Part shown: positions 10,761 through 20,236 of the stretch, one piece after another | Position numbering within the stretch: the stretch's first letter is position 1 | Layout of the letters: each line of letters starts with the position of its first letter | Assembly (NCBI GenBank): GCA_963789265.1 | Contig: CAWBKB010000001.1 | Location: 2,304,001-2,368,000, forward strand | Reading direction: 5' to 3' | Origin: an uncultured delta proteobacterium | GTDB lineage: Bacteria > Desulfobacterota > Desulfomonilia > Desulfomonilales > Desulfomonilaceae | DNA: 64,000 bases | Translations under genes and position numbers: made by a program | The notes under the pieces: model-generated | The model's input: only the letters and a program-made list of their open reading frames with translations | Told to the model about the DNA's origin: nothing | The model's database searches: none

Positions 10761-13415
10761 TACCCTTCCTCCCCTAATGAAACGGAAACATAGATACGGT
10801 CCCAACCAGCAGGACAATATTCTTCCGGCCACGGTAGCAGTCTCTGGAAGATGTACCGTGGGCCGGCCGCAGGAATTACCAATCCGGACGCGGGAACTTC
10901 GACGTCCTCAATTACCCGAGCCTTAACTTCACCGACCTCTGAGCCCAACCGGATCCAACTCCCTTTTTTTGCTCCGACTCTTTGCATGTCGTTCGGATTC
11001 ATTCTGACCGATGCGATCTCCCCCATGCGGGCAAGCCTGGGAGACCTGCCGGAGACCACTCCGTCCCCTGGATGAGCGGTTTGCGCTTCCGGATATACTT
11101 TCCAAGGACGGCCGGGCGGGGGTTGCGGAGGAGCGGCGAATGAGTCAGGCGGTGGATATGCAACCCACTTTCGGCCGCTGCAGGTTTTGGCGTATCCGCC
11201 ATCATTCTCGGGATGGCCAAGCAAGACCCCTCCCACTTTTCCAACTGCCTCCCAGGTCAAGCTGCTCCAGGCAAGACACGTCCTGGTGATTTCCTCAAAA
11301 ACATCGCTTGCAGAAACGAAGTCCAGGGGGTATCCAAGCATGCCTGCGAGATCCAAAATGAAGCGAGCGGTTGGTCGGGCGGTCCCCGGAGGGTCAGAGA
11401 GCTTCGAGACACGTTGAACGCGACCTTCGGTGCTTACGTAGGTTCCGTCGGTCTCGGTAATTGCTGCGGTGGGGAATACTATGTGGGCGGTTTCTTCGCC
11501 TATCGCCCGAAACATGCCGGTGCGAACGACCAAATCAGGCAATGAAAGAGCCTTTTGCGTCCTCTGCGAATCAGGAAAAACAGCGAGAGGATCCACTCCC
11601 AGAAACAAAAGGGCCTTGAGTTCGCCCCTTTCAGCGGCTCGGATCATGCCCATAGCGTCCAGTCCTCGTTTCAAGGTCATGTCTGGCCGGCTCCACCTGT
11701 TTCGGAAAAACTCCAGGGCCTCGCGGTCCATTGACACGAGGGACCCCGGGAGCCTATCCGGTGCGCATCCCAGTTCCCAGGCCCCAACTTCGTTGCACCC
11801 TTCAAACAGAAAAAGAACATTGTCCGGCTGTCCACATAGGAGGGCAAGATCGACTAAAAACCGGCTAAGAATATATCCCTGAGTGGCTCTGGCCACTCTC
11901 GAACCAAACAAGAAAATGGATTTCCGCCCTTTACCAATGAGCCTCGCCACCTGTTTGATCTCACTTCTCACCGGGACTCCTCTCAATTGTCCCCTGAGGT
12001 CAGAGATGAATTCTTCGGCATTGAAGACATTATTGAGAACAAAGGTTTCGTCGTGAAGATTGGCGGAGACGATTTCTGTCATCAATTGAGCCAGGCCGAG
12101 AGGCAATTCGTCCATGCGTTCGCGCCAACGGATTCTCGCAAAAGAACTGAGCGAGGTCGTTACAGGATCAAGCTGGACGAGAGCCGCCCCACGTTGACTT
12201 ACGGCTCGGCGAACATTACGAGCCACTACTGGATGGGTATAATCAGGCCTGGCCCCCATCAGTATTATGGTCTCGGCCTCCTGAATCCGCTTCAGTAGGG
12301 GCTCTAGAGGACGTATTCGGGACATGGATGCCGCAAGACCGTCCACCACCGGTCCGGATGTAAACCGGGCGATAGAATCAATATGCGGCGTTTGCAGGAC
12401 AGCGCGGGCCAGTTTGACAACGAGATAAATCTCCTCATTCGAGCACTGTGCACTCACTATGATTCCCACGCTGTCTGGGCCAAAGTCCTCGATCACTTGA
12501 CCCAACCGGCCCGCTATTTCTCCGAGGGCCTCATTCCACGAGACTTCTCGGAAACTCCTCGTTCCCTCCCGGACGAGCGGCTCTGCCAGTCTCTCCGCGG
12601 CTGACAGGGCATCCTGGCCGTAATGTCCCCTGACACAAAGAGAAAGACTGTTTACAGGAGAGCCCGACACTGCCCTGGCCCCGACCACAACACGATCAAT
12701 TAGCTCGTACTCGAGATGGCATCCGGTCCCGCAGGTACGAACATATTCCCGGTGTCCGGACTTTTCCTGAGCTATACGAAGGCCGTCCTTTCTCCGCTAA
12801 TGCGTCGGTAGGACAGATTGCAACACATGACCCGCAGTAATTGCACTCAGATTCGTCCAGCGACGAGCGGTGTGCCGTGCCGGGATGGCCCGAGTAACCG
12901 CGGTCGATGTAGTCTAAAGCACCCACTGCCTCGAAATCCCTGCACACCCGGATGCATCTGCCGCACAGGACACATTTCGTCAAATCCCGGACTACAAAAG
13001 GATTGAGTTCGGCCATATATCGCCAGCGCCTGACCGGTTCCATATCGGGGTCGCATATCCCATGCTCCTTTGCCAGGGATCGGAGAGCACATTCATTACC
13101 TTTGTTGCAGATGACGCAAGCAGAAGGATGATCCGACAAAATGAGCTCCAGCACGCCTCGCCTAGCATTTACGGCGTTGGTGGAATGCGTGAGGATCTCC
13201 ATCCCGTCGGCAATGGGAGTGACGCAGGAGGCAAACAACCTCCCGGTTTTTGCCTCTTCAACCAGACACACCCTACATGCTCCGGAGTTTTGCAGGAGAG
13301 GATGGTGGCACAAAGTCGGTATTTCCACCCCAACTTGCTTTGCCAGATCCAAAACAGGCGTGTCGGGCGTTCCTGCAACTACTCGACCGTTAAGCGATAT
13401 CGTGACGGTCTCCAC
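10760..13415 (-). CDS. NuoG/FdhA-like subunit: 2Fe-2S and 4Fe-4S clusters plus molybdopterin-oxidoreductase fold (frameshift near 12735)
   Basis: IPTLCH..GACRVCLVE..ASC, HPSACVIC, CVLCGRC, CNYCGSC..CP; removing one C restores CSYCGTGC and joins ORF 10760-12688. Confidence 0.88.
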
Positions 13416-13555
13416 AATGGCCCTCCGTATTTCGGAAACTTGGGAAGAGGTTTCCGCTGCAAGCCTTCGAGGTCCGTCCACCCGGATGGACTAAACGTCC
13501 TTGCCTGAAGACCACAGGCAAAGCCAGTCTTGTTAGTTGTTACCTTTCGGCAGCA

Positions 13556-14437
13556 TCACTTAAACTTTGATCGCTTGATCTCTTGAAGGACCGTGCCGAT
13601 TTTGTCTTCCCATCCAAAGGGGAGGATATGAACCCCTGCGCAAATTCCCCTGAGTTGCTCTACTGTTTCGAGCATAATTTTGGCCGATTCGTCGAATTTT
13701 ACGGGTGCTCTTTCAATCCGTTCTATTATGCGGTCAGGTATGTTCAATCGCCCTACTCTTTTCAACATACGTGCAGCCATGCCGGAATGGAGCATAAGCA
13801 ATTCGGCTATGATCGGAACCCCCATGGGGTCCACCCGTTTTACGAATCCCGCAAATTGATCGACATCGAAGACTGGCGTGGTGAGAAAATATCTTGTGCC
13901 CTGCTCCACCAGTCTCTCCATTTCGCGGAGTTCCAGGTCCGGACAGTTTCCGCCAAAACAAGCTTCCACCCCCGACCCTATGAAGAAGCCCTTTTCACCA
14001 TCGAGCTCTTTGCCATGCACATCGATCCCTTTCTTCAGAGAATCGATCACGGAAAAGAACTTGCCCAGATCCACGTGAAAGAACATCATCTCCTGCAGCG
14101 AGTCACCCGTTATGCGATAATCGTCTGTAAAGACCAGAAGGTTCTCCACCCCCGCCGACGAGGCTTGGATCAGTGATTCCTGGATTTCCAGGCGATTGCG
14201 ATCGCGAGTTCCCACCTGGAATACAGGATCGAATTTCTTATCCCGGAGTAGTCGGCAAAGGGACAAGGAATCGCTAATGGCCGCGTCCGTAGCGAAAGGA
14301 TGGAAACGAACACCATCGACCCGCCCCCAAAGGTTGTAGATTTCCTCCAAGTAATCGTGAGGGGTCTTCCCGTGAGGAAGGTGGATCTCACACGTAACGA
14401 TAAACTTGTTTTCCTCCAAAACTTGCTTCAAGCTCAT
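13556..14437 (-). CDS. Divergent MetF-like protein
   Basis: FIVTCEI, GTRDRNRLEIQ, GVENLLV, FLTTPVFD, GVHILP align by eye with MTHFR blocks. Confidence 0.82.
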   Translation of the reverse strand: MSLKQVLEENKFIVTCEIHLPHGKTPHDYLEEIYNLWGRVDGVRFHPFATDAAISDSLSLCRLLRDKKFDPVFQVGTRDRNRLEIQESLIQASSAGVENLLVFTDDYRITGDSLQEMMFFHVDLGKFFSVIDSLKKGIDVHGKELDGEKGFFIGSGVEACFGGNCPDLELREMERLVEQGTRYFLTTPVFDVDQFAGFVKRVDPMGVPIIAELLMLHSGMAARMLKRVGRLNIPDRIIERIERAPVKFDESAKIMLETVEQLRGICAGVHILPFGWEDKIGTVLQEIKRSKFK

Positions 14438-14467
14438 GGCGTCACTCCCCTCTGAAGTGGCAAATGA

Positions 14468-15040
14468 TCACTGGGCGAGGCCCAGGAGACTCGCCACTTC
14501 CTTCTTCAGCTTCTCAAGGGGCAAGGGCTTTGAAAAGCAAACATCAGCGCCGTACTTTTTCATTTTCTCGTGATTCTCCTCGTCCAGGTAGGCCGACAGC
14601 ACAATGATTTTCATGTGGCACGTGGCAGGGTCCTGCTTCACCCTTTTGCACACCTCGTATCCGTCAATGTCAGGCATCATTATGTCAAGGATGAGAAGAT
14701 CAGGCTTGAAATGGCTCATCTGAATTCCGGCTTCGAAACCGTCAGCCGCTGATATGATCTCGTAATCGTTGGGCTCCTCCTCCATAGAACGGACTATTGT
14801 CTCCACTATCAATCTGTCGTCGTCAATTACTAGGATCTTCTTGCGGTCCGTTTGGTCAGCTTCCGCGGAGACAGGCATACCCATACGCCGAAGGAAGACA
14901 TCCAAATCCTCTTTTCTGACCCGTCGATGCCCACCAACCGTTCGAAACGCTTTGATGTGGCCTTCGTCTATCCAATTGCAAATCGTCTTGGGCGAAACGC
15001 TGCAATATTTACTCGCCTGATAAACGGTTAGTACGTCCAT
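14468..15040 (-). CDS. Response regulator with N-terminal excisionase/MerR-like HTH
   Basis: LTVYQASKYCSVSPKTICNW...TVGGHRR HTH; REC domain (VIDDD, LDIMMP, KP); SD ggaggt. Confidence 0.9.
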   Translation of the reverse strand: MDVLTVYQASKYCSVSPKTICNWIDEGHIKAFRTVGGHRRVRKEDLDVFLRRMGMPVSAEADQTDRKKILVIDDDRLIVETIVRSMEEEPNDYEIISAADGFEAGIQMSHFKPDLLILDIMMPDIDGYEVCKRVKQDPATCHMKIIVLSAYLDEENHEKMKKYGADVCFSKPLPLEKLKKEVASLLGLAQ

Positions 15041-15107
15041 GGCACGACCTCCCCCGGAGCAAGCGGATCGATTCCGCTTATTTCCACTATTACCGGTTTT
15101 ACTAATT

Positions 15108-15123
15108 TGCATTTCTCATGCCA
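15108..15123 (-). promoter_or_regulatory. Putative sigma54 (-24/-12) promoter
   Basis: Minus strand TGGCATGAGAAATGCA has GG-N10-GC spacing, about 70 bp upstream of the operon's first ATG. Confidence 0.6.
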
Positions 15124-15314
15124 AATATTCGACAGGAAGGAATTCTCGATGAGCAGGTTGCAGGCAAGCAGAATTAGGGCGGGAAAATCAATACGAATCA
15201 GCAAGTGGAGCGGATGTCAGTATCTTTGACAGATTGTAAAAATCTCAGCGAAATGGTTTTCGGCGCGGAAAGAGTAAAGCCGCGTTCTATGCGCTCATGT
15301 TTTTGTTTTTCTCT

Positions 15315-15839
15315 TCAATTGCCGGGTGCAACTCTGGAGATGGCGTTCACGATATTGCCGACAAACTTCAGTTCCTTTTGTCCCTGTAATTTGTTGGCAG
15401 AATCGAATTTCAGAGCACCTACCGGACAAACGCGCACACAAGCAGGTTCCAAGCCGGCTTCCACCCTTTCTTTGCACAGACCGCATTTCTGCATTTTTTC
15501 GTCTCGGTCGTATCTGGGGACCCCAAAGGGACATGCCAGGGCGCAGCTATGGCACCCGATGCACAGTTCCTTGTTGACCGTGACGGCACAGGCTCTCTCA
15601 TCCCTGGTGATGGCCCCGGTTGGACAGCCCATCACACAAGGACTGTCCTGACAGTGCATGCAGGAGGCTGAAACGTACTGAATGGTCGCACCAGGGAACT
15701 CTCCTCCTTCAATCCGGTAAATCCTTCTGAGAGCGGGCTGACCTTTTTCAGGAAAGATGTCGTTCTGATCCATACAGGCCACGGTGCAGGCACCACATCC
15801 GGAGCAAAGATCTACGTCCAGATAAATCGCTTTATTCAT
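15315..15839 (-). CDS. DmsB-like 4Fe-4S dicluster protein
   Basis: CSGCGACTVAC, CMHCQDSPCVMGCP, CIGCHSCALACP, KCGLC...PACVRVCP. Confidence 0.93.
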   Translation of the reverse strand: MNKAIYLDVDLCSGCGACTVACMDQNDIFPEKGQPALRRIYRIEGGEFPGATIQYVSASCMHCQDSPCVMGCPTGAITRDERACAVTVNKELCIGCHSCALACPFGVPRYDRDEKMQKCGLCKERVEAGLEPACVRVCPVGALKFDSANKLQGQKELKFVGNIVNAISRVAPGN

Positions 15840-15841
15840 CG

Positions 15842-18004
15842 TTAAATCTCCTTTCCTCGAACTTTCTCGACCTTGCACAGAGCAGACTTGAAGCCCGGGA
15901 AGCCGGAAAGTGGGTCCAGGTAGTCGCCTTCCAAAAGAAGATTGACGTCGGCCTGTTCATGCCCGTGGTAGATATGGATCACTTCCGGCTGAACCATTTG
16001 GGTAAGATTGGCCTTGACGACGATGGAATCTTTGGGCGTGGAGATGCGTATAGACTCGTCCTGCTTGATGCCCAGTCGAGCGGCGTCGGCGGGGTTTATG
16101 TCCGCCGAGGGATGGTTCGGCCTCAGACTGTTCGTCCAGGTGAGGCGGAAGGTTCTGGTGTGGACAAACATGGGCAGTCTGGAACCCGTGTTGAGAATGA
16201 TTGGAAATTCGAGCGCCAACTCCGGTGTCGACTCCCTGCTGTATTTTGGGGGCGTGTAGACCGGCAGCGATTCAAAACCGAGCTTTCCTTCATATTTTTC
16301 AAGAATTCCGGATTTGAATTCCATCTTCCCGGAGGGAGTCTTGAAGCCCAGCTTGATGTATTTCTTCTCCGGCGGTTTTGTCGGGTTTGGCACAAACATG
16401 CCGGCTGCATGCTTTTTCAATTCAGCGACGGATATGCCGCTTGGCTCGAGTATCCAGTCCACGCTGGGCTCATAACCGGCCTTAAAGAGCGGATCGTCCA
16501 AGCCGAGTCTCGCTGCCAGTTCATAGATAATCTCCACGTCGGAATGCGAATCATAAAGTGGCGCGACTGCGGGCTGGGTAAAGACAATGTAACCCATAGG
16601 GTAACAGCGGAGCTCACTTCGTTCCACCGAAGTGCAGGCCGGCAGCACAAAGTCTGCGTATTTGCATGTGTCGGTATTGTAAATATCCACGTTTACGAAT
16701 AGATCGAGTTTCTCCAGGCTTTCCAACACACCTTTGGAGTCCGGCCACATCCTGAAGTTCATCCCGAAGCCGATCACCGCCTTGAGCGGGTAAGGCTCAC
16801 CCGAGCGGATCTGGTCGGGAATATGCATAGCCTGGGCTTCTTCATCGACCATTTCCATCCAGACCGGGAACCGATCTGCCCCGACTCTCGGGGGCATTTC
16901 GCTCCACGGTCTGCTTTGCGTGAATTCGCGCTCTCGTGTCGGGATCAAGCCGGGAACATGGATGAAACTTGGAGGAATAACGAAGTTGCCCCCCACGACG
17001 TCATAATTTCCGGTAAGCCCGGCCAGCGAAAAAACGGCCCGATAGTTCTGCACACCGTTGGTATGGTGCACTACGGGAGAAGCGCTGGGCATTATTGCGG
17101 CCGGTTTTGAGGAAGCATACATCCGGGCTGCCTTGACAATCATGTCGGCAGGCACTCCGGTGAGTTCTTCGCCTCTGACCGGGGTAAACTTTTGAACATA
17201 CTCTTTATAATCGTTAAAACCATGAGAATAGTCGGCTACAAAATCCCGGTCATAAAGGCTCTCGTTTATGATCACGTTCGCCATTGCCAATGCCAACGCT
17301 CCATCCGTCCCGGGCCTGACCGGCAAGTGAATATCTGCAAGAGCCGTAGTTGGAGTCTGCCTCGGGTCCACGACTATGAGCATCATGCCTCTGTTCTTGC
17401 CTTTCAGGATGGCTCTGGCGTGGCCCGGATTTGTGTGAAACGGGTTGGCGCTCCAGACTAGAAGACAGTTCGTATTGCTTATATCCGGTCCGCCCGGCAG
17501 GCCGAAGGTGAGCTTCTGAGCCATGGCCATTGCCTGGAAGCAGGTGCTGGATTCCGACATATAGTTAGGCGAGCCGAAAGAGTGGGCTAAACGCTTGAGA
17601 TACGGTCTGAAGTATTTTGTATAGCCCGCGAAAAAGATTACAGACTCGGGGCCGCTTTCCCTCTTGATTTCATTGAACTTGAGAGCAATGGTGTCCAAGG
17701 CTTCGTCCCAGGATATGGGCTCGAATTTTCCGGACCCTCTGGCACCGATCCTTCTGAGCGGCGTCTTCAGACGATCTTCGCTGTACACATATTGCCTTTG
17801 CGCAGCCCCTTTGGGACATAGTGTACCAACGCTGTAAGGGTTTTCTTTACTCCCTTCCACCTTGATAATTTTCCCGTCCTTCACGTACAGGTCCAGGCCG
17901 CACTGGGTCAGAGGATCGCAGATGCCGCAGATGGATTTCCTCACCTCTATACCCGTTTCAGGGCCGGGGATTTTTCCTCGCAACAGACTATGAAGATCCG
18001 TCAT
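15842..18004 (-). CDS. Molybdopterin (bis-MGD) oxidoreductase, DMSO reductase superfamily, no Tat signal
   Basis: CGICDPLTQC...LCPKG 4Fe-4S motif, ISWDEALD, VVDPR, PGTDGALALA, ADFVLPA, C-terminal binding domain. Confidence 0.93.
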   Translation of the reverse strand: MTDLHSLLRGKIPGPETGIEVRKSICGICDPLTQCGLDLYVKDGKIIKVEGSKENPYSVGTLCPKGAAQRQYVYSEDRLKTPLRRIGARGSGKFEPISWDEALDTIALKFNEIKRESGPESVIFFAGYTKYFRPYLKRLAHSFGSPNYMSESSTCFQAMAMAQKLTFGLPGGPDISNTNCLLVWSANPFHTNPGHARAILKGKNRGMMLIVVDPRQTPTTALADIHLPVRPGTDGALALAMANVIINESLYDRDFVADYSHGFNDYKEYVQKFTPVRGEELTGVPADMIVKAARMYASSKPAAIMPSASPVVHHTNGVQNYRAVFSLAGLTGNYDVVGGNFVIPPSFIHVPGLIPTREREFTQSRPWSEMPPRVGADRFPVWMEMVDEEAQAMHIPDQIRSGEPYPLKAVIGFGMNFRMWPDSKGVLESLEKLDLFVNVDIYNTDTCKYADFVLPACTSVERSELRCYPMGYIVFTQPAVAPLYDSHSDVEIIYELAARLGLDDPLFKAGYEPSVDWILEPSGISVAELKKHAAGMFVPNPTKPPEKKYIKLGFKTPSGKMEFKSGILEKYEGKLGFESLPVYTPPKYSRESTPELALEFPIILNTGSRLPMFVHTRTFRLTWTNSLRPNHPSADINPADAARLGIKQDESIRISTPKDSIVVKANLTQMVQPEVIHIYHGHEQADVNLLLEGDYLDPLSGFPGFKSALCKVEKVRGKEI

Positions 18005-19263
18005 GAGCTCTGAACCTCCATTAGGACATTTTGTATCAAATGATTTTGAATTACGGGCAGGGCACCAAACGCCGAGGGGCCGGTTTGCCTCAGCCCCTTT
18101 ATCAGCGCACTTTTGATGACCCCGGATTCTGCGTAGCTATCAAAAAGGTTGGCTCCGACAAGGCGCCCATCTTTCCAGAAGAGCTGCACAAATCTTTTTC
18201 CGTCATATTTTTGCTGGATGCTGTCCATACCATTCACATAGCCGATGCCTACAAAATCCATTCCCATGAAACGAGTAATCACACAGGGAATGTCTCCCGG
18301 AAAAGTCTCGTCTCCGCCGGCCATGTTTCTCCCTGCGGTGCGCCCCTGGTAACGAGCGTTCGCCCACAAGCCGATAATCTGCACCCTCTGGAGAGCATCC
18401 ATCCCCTGAGCCACATCCCCGGCGGCATAAAGCCCGGGCGAATTTGTTCTCATGTGATCGTCTACCAATATCCCTTTGTCAGTCGCAACCTGTTTTGTAT
18501 CCATGAACTCCACGTTAGCACGAATCCCTGTGCACATCACCAAAAGGTCCGCTACTTCAGTTTTAGAGCTGTCGTTGAAATGAACTCGTACGGCTCGAGA
18601 GATTTCTTCCACTTTCTCGACACCGGCTCCAAATCGAAGCTTTATCCCCTTTTTTCTCAAACGTTCTTCGATCACCCGGGCACATTGAGGATGGGCAGCC
18701 ATTGGAAAGATGTGCTGAGCAAGATCGGCAAGACACACTTCCACTCCGGCATCATAGAAGAGTTCCACCAATTTTATCCCCACCATAGAAGCCCCAACGA
18801 CAAGTGCTTTCTTTGGCTTCGCGGCGATGGCCTCCCTTAGCCGAATTGCATCGTCTACTGTCCTTAGTGTGTAGACTTTGTCTGAATCCATGCCTTCAAC
18901 TGGAGGCAAAAACGGAGTAGCGCCGGTACTGACGAGGCACTGATCGTAATTAAGCGCCAACCCGGATTTACAGGTCACTATCTTTTGCTCGGCGTCCAGG
19001 GTGGCAACAGGCGATCCAGCAAGCACGTTCACATCGTACTTTTGATAGAATTCCCGGTTCGTGCCATAGGGAAACATCCCATCGAAGCCGATTTTACCTG
19101 CCAGATAGTAGGTGGTAAGCATCGGGTTGGCTACAGGCCATTTATTGTTCGTGACTATGTGAATCTTTCCGTCGAACCCACTTTGGCGCAAAGCAATCGT
19201 GCATTCCGCGCCCGCGCATCCATTGCCCACTATAACTATTTTTTCTTTGCTGCCGGGGCTCAT
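18001..19263 (-). CDS. NAD(P)/FAD-dependent oxidoreductase (Pyr_redox)
   Basis: IVIVGNGCAG, STGATP, VVGASMVG, YAAGDVA; ATGA overlap with the Mo enzyme. Confidence 0.9.
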   Translation of the reverse strand: MSPGSKEKIVIVGNGCAGAECTIALRQSGFDGKIHIVTNNKWPVANPMLTTYYLAGKIGFDGMFPYGTNREFYQKYDVNVLAGSPVATLDAEQKIVTCKSGLALNYDQCLVSTGATPFLPPVEGMDSDKVYTLRTVDDAIRLREAIAAKPKKALVVGASMVGIKLVELFYDAGVEVCLADLAQHIFPMAAHPQCARVIEERLRKKGIKLRFGAGVEKVEEISRAVRVHFNDSSKTEVADLLVMCTGIRANVEFMDTKQVATDKGILVDDHMRTNSPGLYAAGDVAQGMDALQRVQIIGLWANARYQGRTAGRNMAGGDETFPGDIPCVITRFMGMDFVGIGYVNGMDSIQQKYDGKRFVQLFWKDGRLVGANLFDSYAESGVIKSALIKGLRQTGPSAFGALPVIQNHLIQNVLMEVQSS

Positions 19264-19441
19264 TAGCCGATTAACTTATTCTTCGCTTCTACTTCGGTCT
19301 GGAATGTTATAGCAGTTGTAGGAGGTAATGTCTCTTTGGCACGAACACATAGAATTTGGAAGGGTCCGCGTTACGGCCCCGCGAGGGGCGGGATTGCCGT
19401 CATTCCCGTTTACGGGGGAAACTTGTAACATCGCTCGCCCC

Positions 19442-19650
19442 AAACTGTCTCAAAACTAATTTGATGCCCAGAATCGTGCCACGATCAAACCTGGTGGGCA
19501 TTTTCGGTGCCCTCACCCCAGCCCTCTCCCAGAGGGAGAGGGAGCTGATCCAAGGTCTCTATTAGCGTCCCCTCGCCCCTTGGGAGAGGGTCAGGGTGAG
19601 GGAATTTCGTGTTACGATTGCGTCCAGTTGAAGAATTCTGAGACAGTTTC
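19442..19650. mobile_element. MITE with (G)AAACTGTCTCAAAA-type terminal inverted repeats
   Basis: aaactgtctcaaaa...ttctgagacagtttc enclosing ccctcaccc..ccctctccc hairpins; inverted copy at 44204-44413. Confidence 0.75.
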
Positions 19651-19767
19651 TCCCCTCGGGCCGCAATGTCGCTCCGCAACCGCCGGCAGACACGTCCCGT
19701 CAGTGGCGGGGCTCTAACGGGCATCAGGGGTCTATTGCCCTTCAAAGAGCCCCGGATGACTCTCCCC

Positions 19768-20028
19768 TCACTCCGTCAGGAAACAACCCGCTATGAGATT
19801 GTAAAGCCAAGCGAAGATGGCTCCGCATATCAGACCGTCGAAAAATCCCCAAATTAGCCCAAAGATGCTTCCGATAGCACTAACTCTGTAGCCAAGGTAG
19901 AAGAGTCCAAGCAAGGTTGGGTCTCCAGAGGCTCCGTGCAGGGCAATCAGCCACCACGTAGCGAGGAAAAGGCTCACTGCCCAACCGATCCCACACGTCA
20001 GAGCAAATGCCTTCACATTCAGTTTCAT
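19768..20028 (-). CDS. Small membrane protein (family often annotated holin-like)
   Basis: 86 aa, two hydrophobic segments, SD aaggagg. Confidence 0.8.
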   Translation of the reverse strand: MKLNVKAFALTCGIGWAVSLFLATWWLIALHGASGDPTLLGLFYLGYRVSAIGSIFGLIWGFFDGLICGAIFAWLYNLIAGCFLTE

Positions 20029-20236
20029 GCGCTACCTCCTTTGCTTGTCGTTTGGCGTTTCAACCGTTGTTACGATCCGACAGGGACTGTAGGGCGGCAT
20101 TTCCTTCTTTACGTTTTCCGGATTGTTGGGAAATACCAATTTACGACCCGCTATTAGTGCTTATCGACAGCCGTTTGCTCCCCAAAAATATATATGTGGT
20201 AGTTCATCGCTCTTTTGAGCCGGGTAAATTGTTCAG

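Noticed and set aside
10760..13415. Formate dehydrogenase alpha, possibly a selenoprotein split at TGA
   Set aside because: The split is a one-base frameshift inside CSYCGTGC, not a TGA, and the catalytic Cys/Sec-His is absent
19768..20028. Holin-like gene as a sign of a prophage
   Set aside because: No other phage genes anywhere in the window
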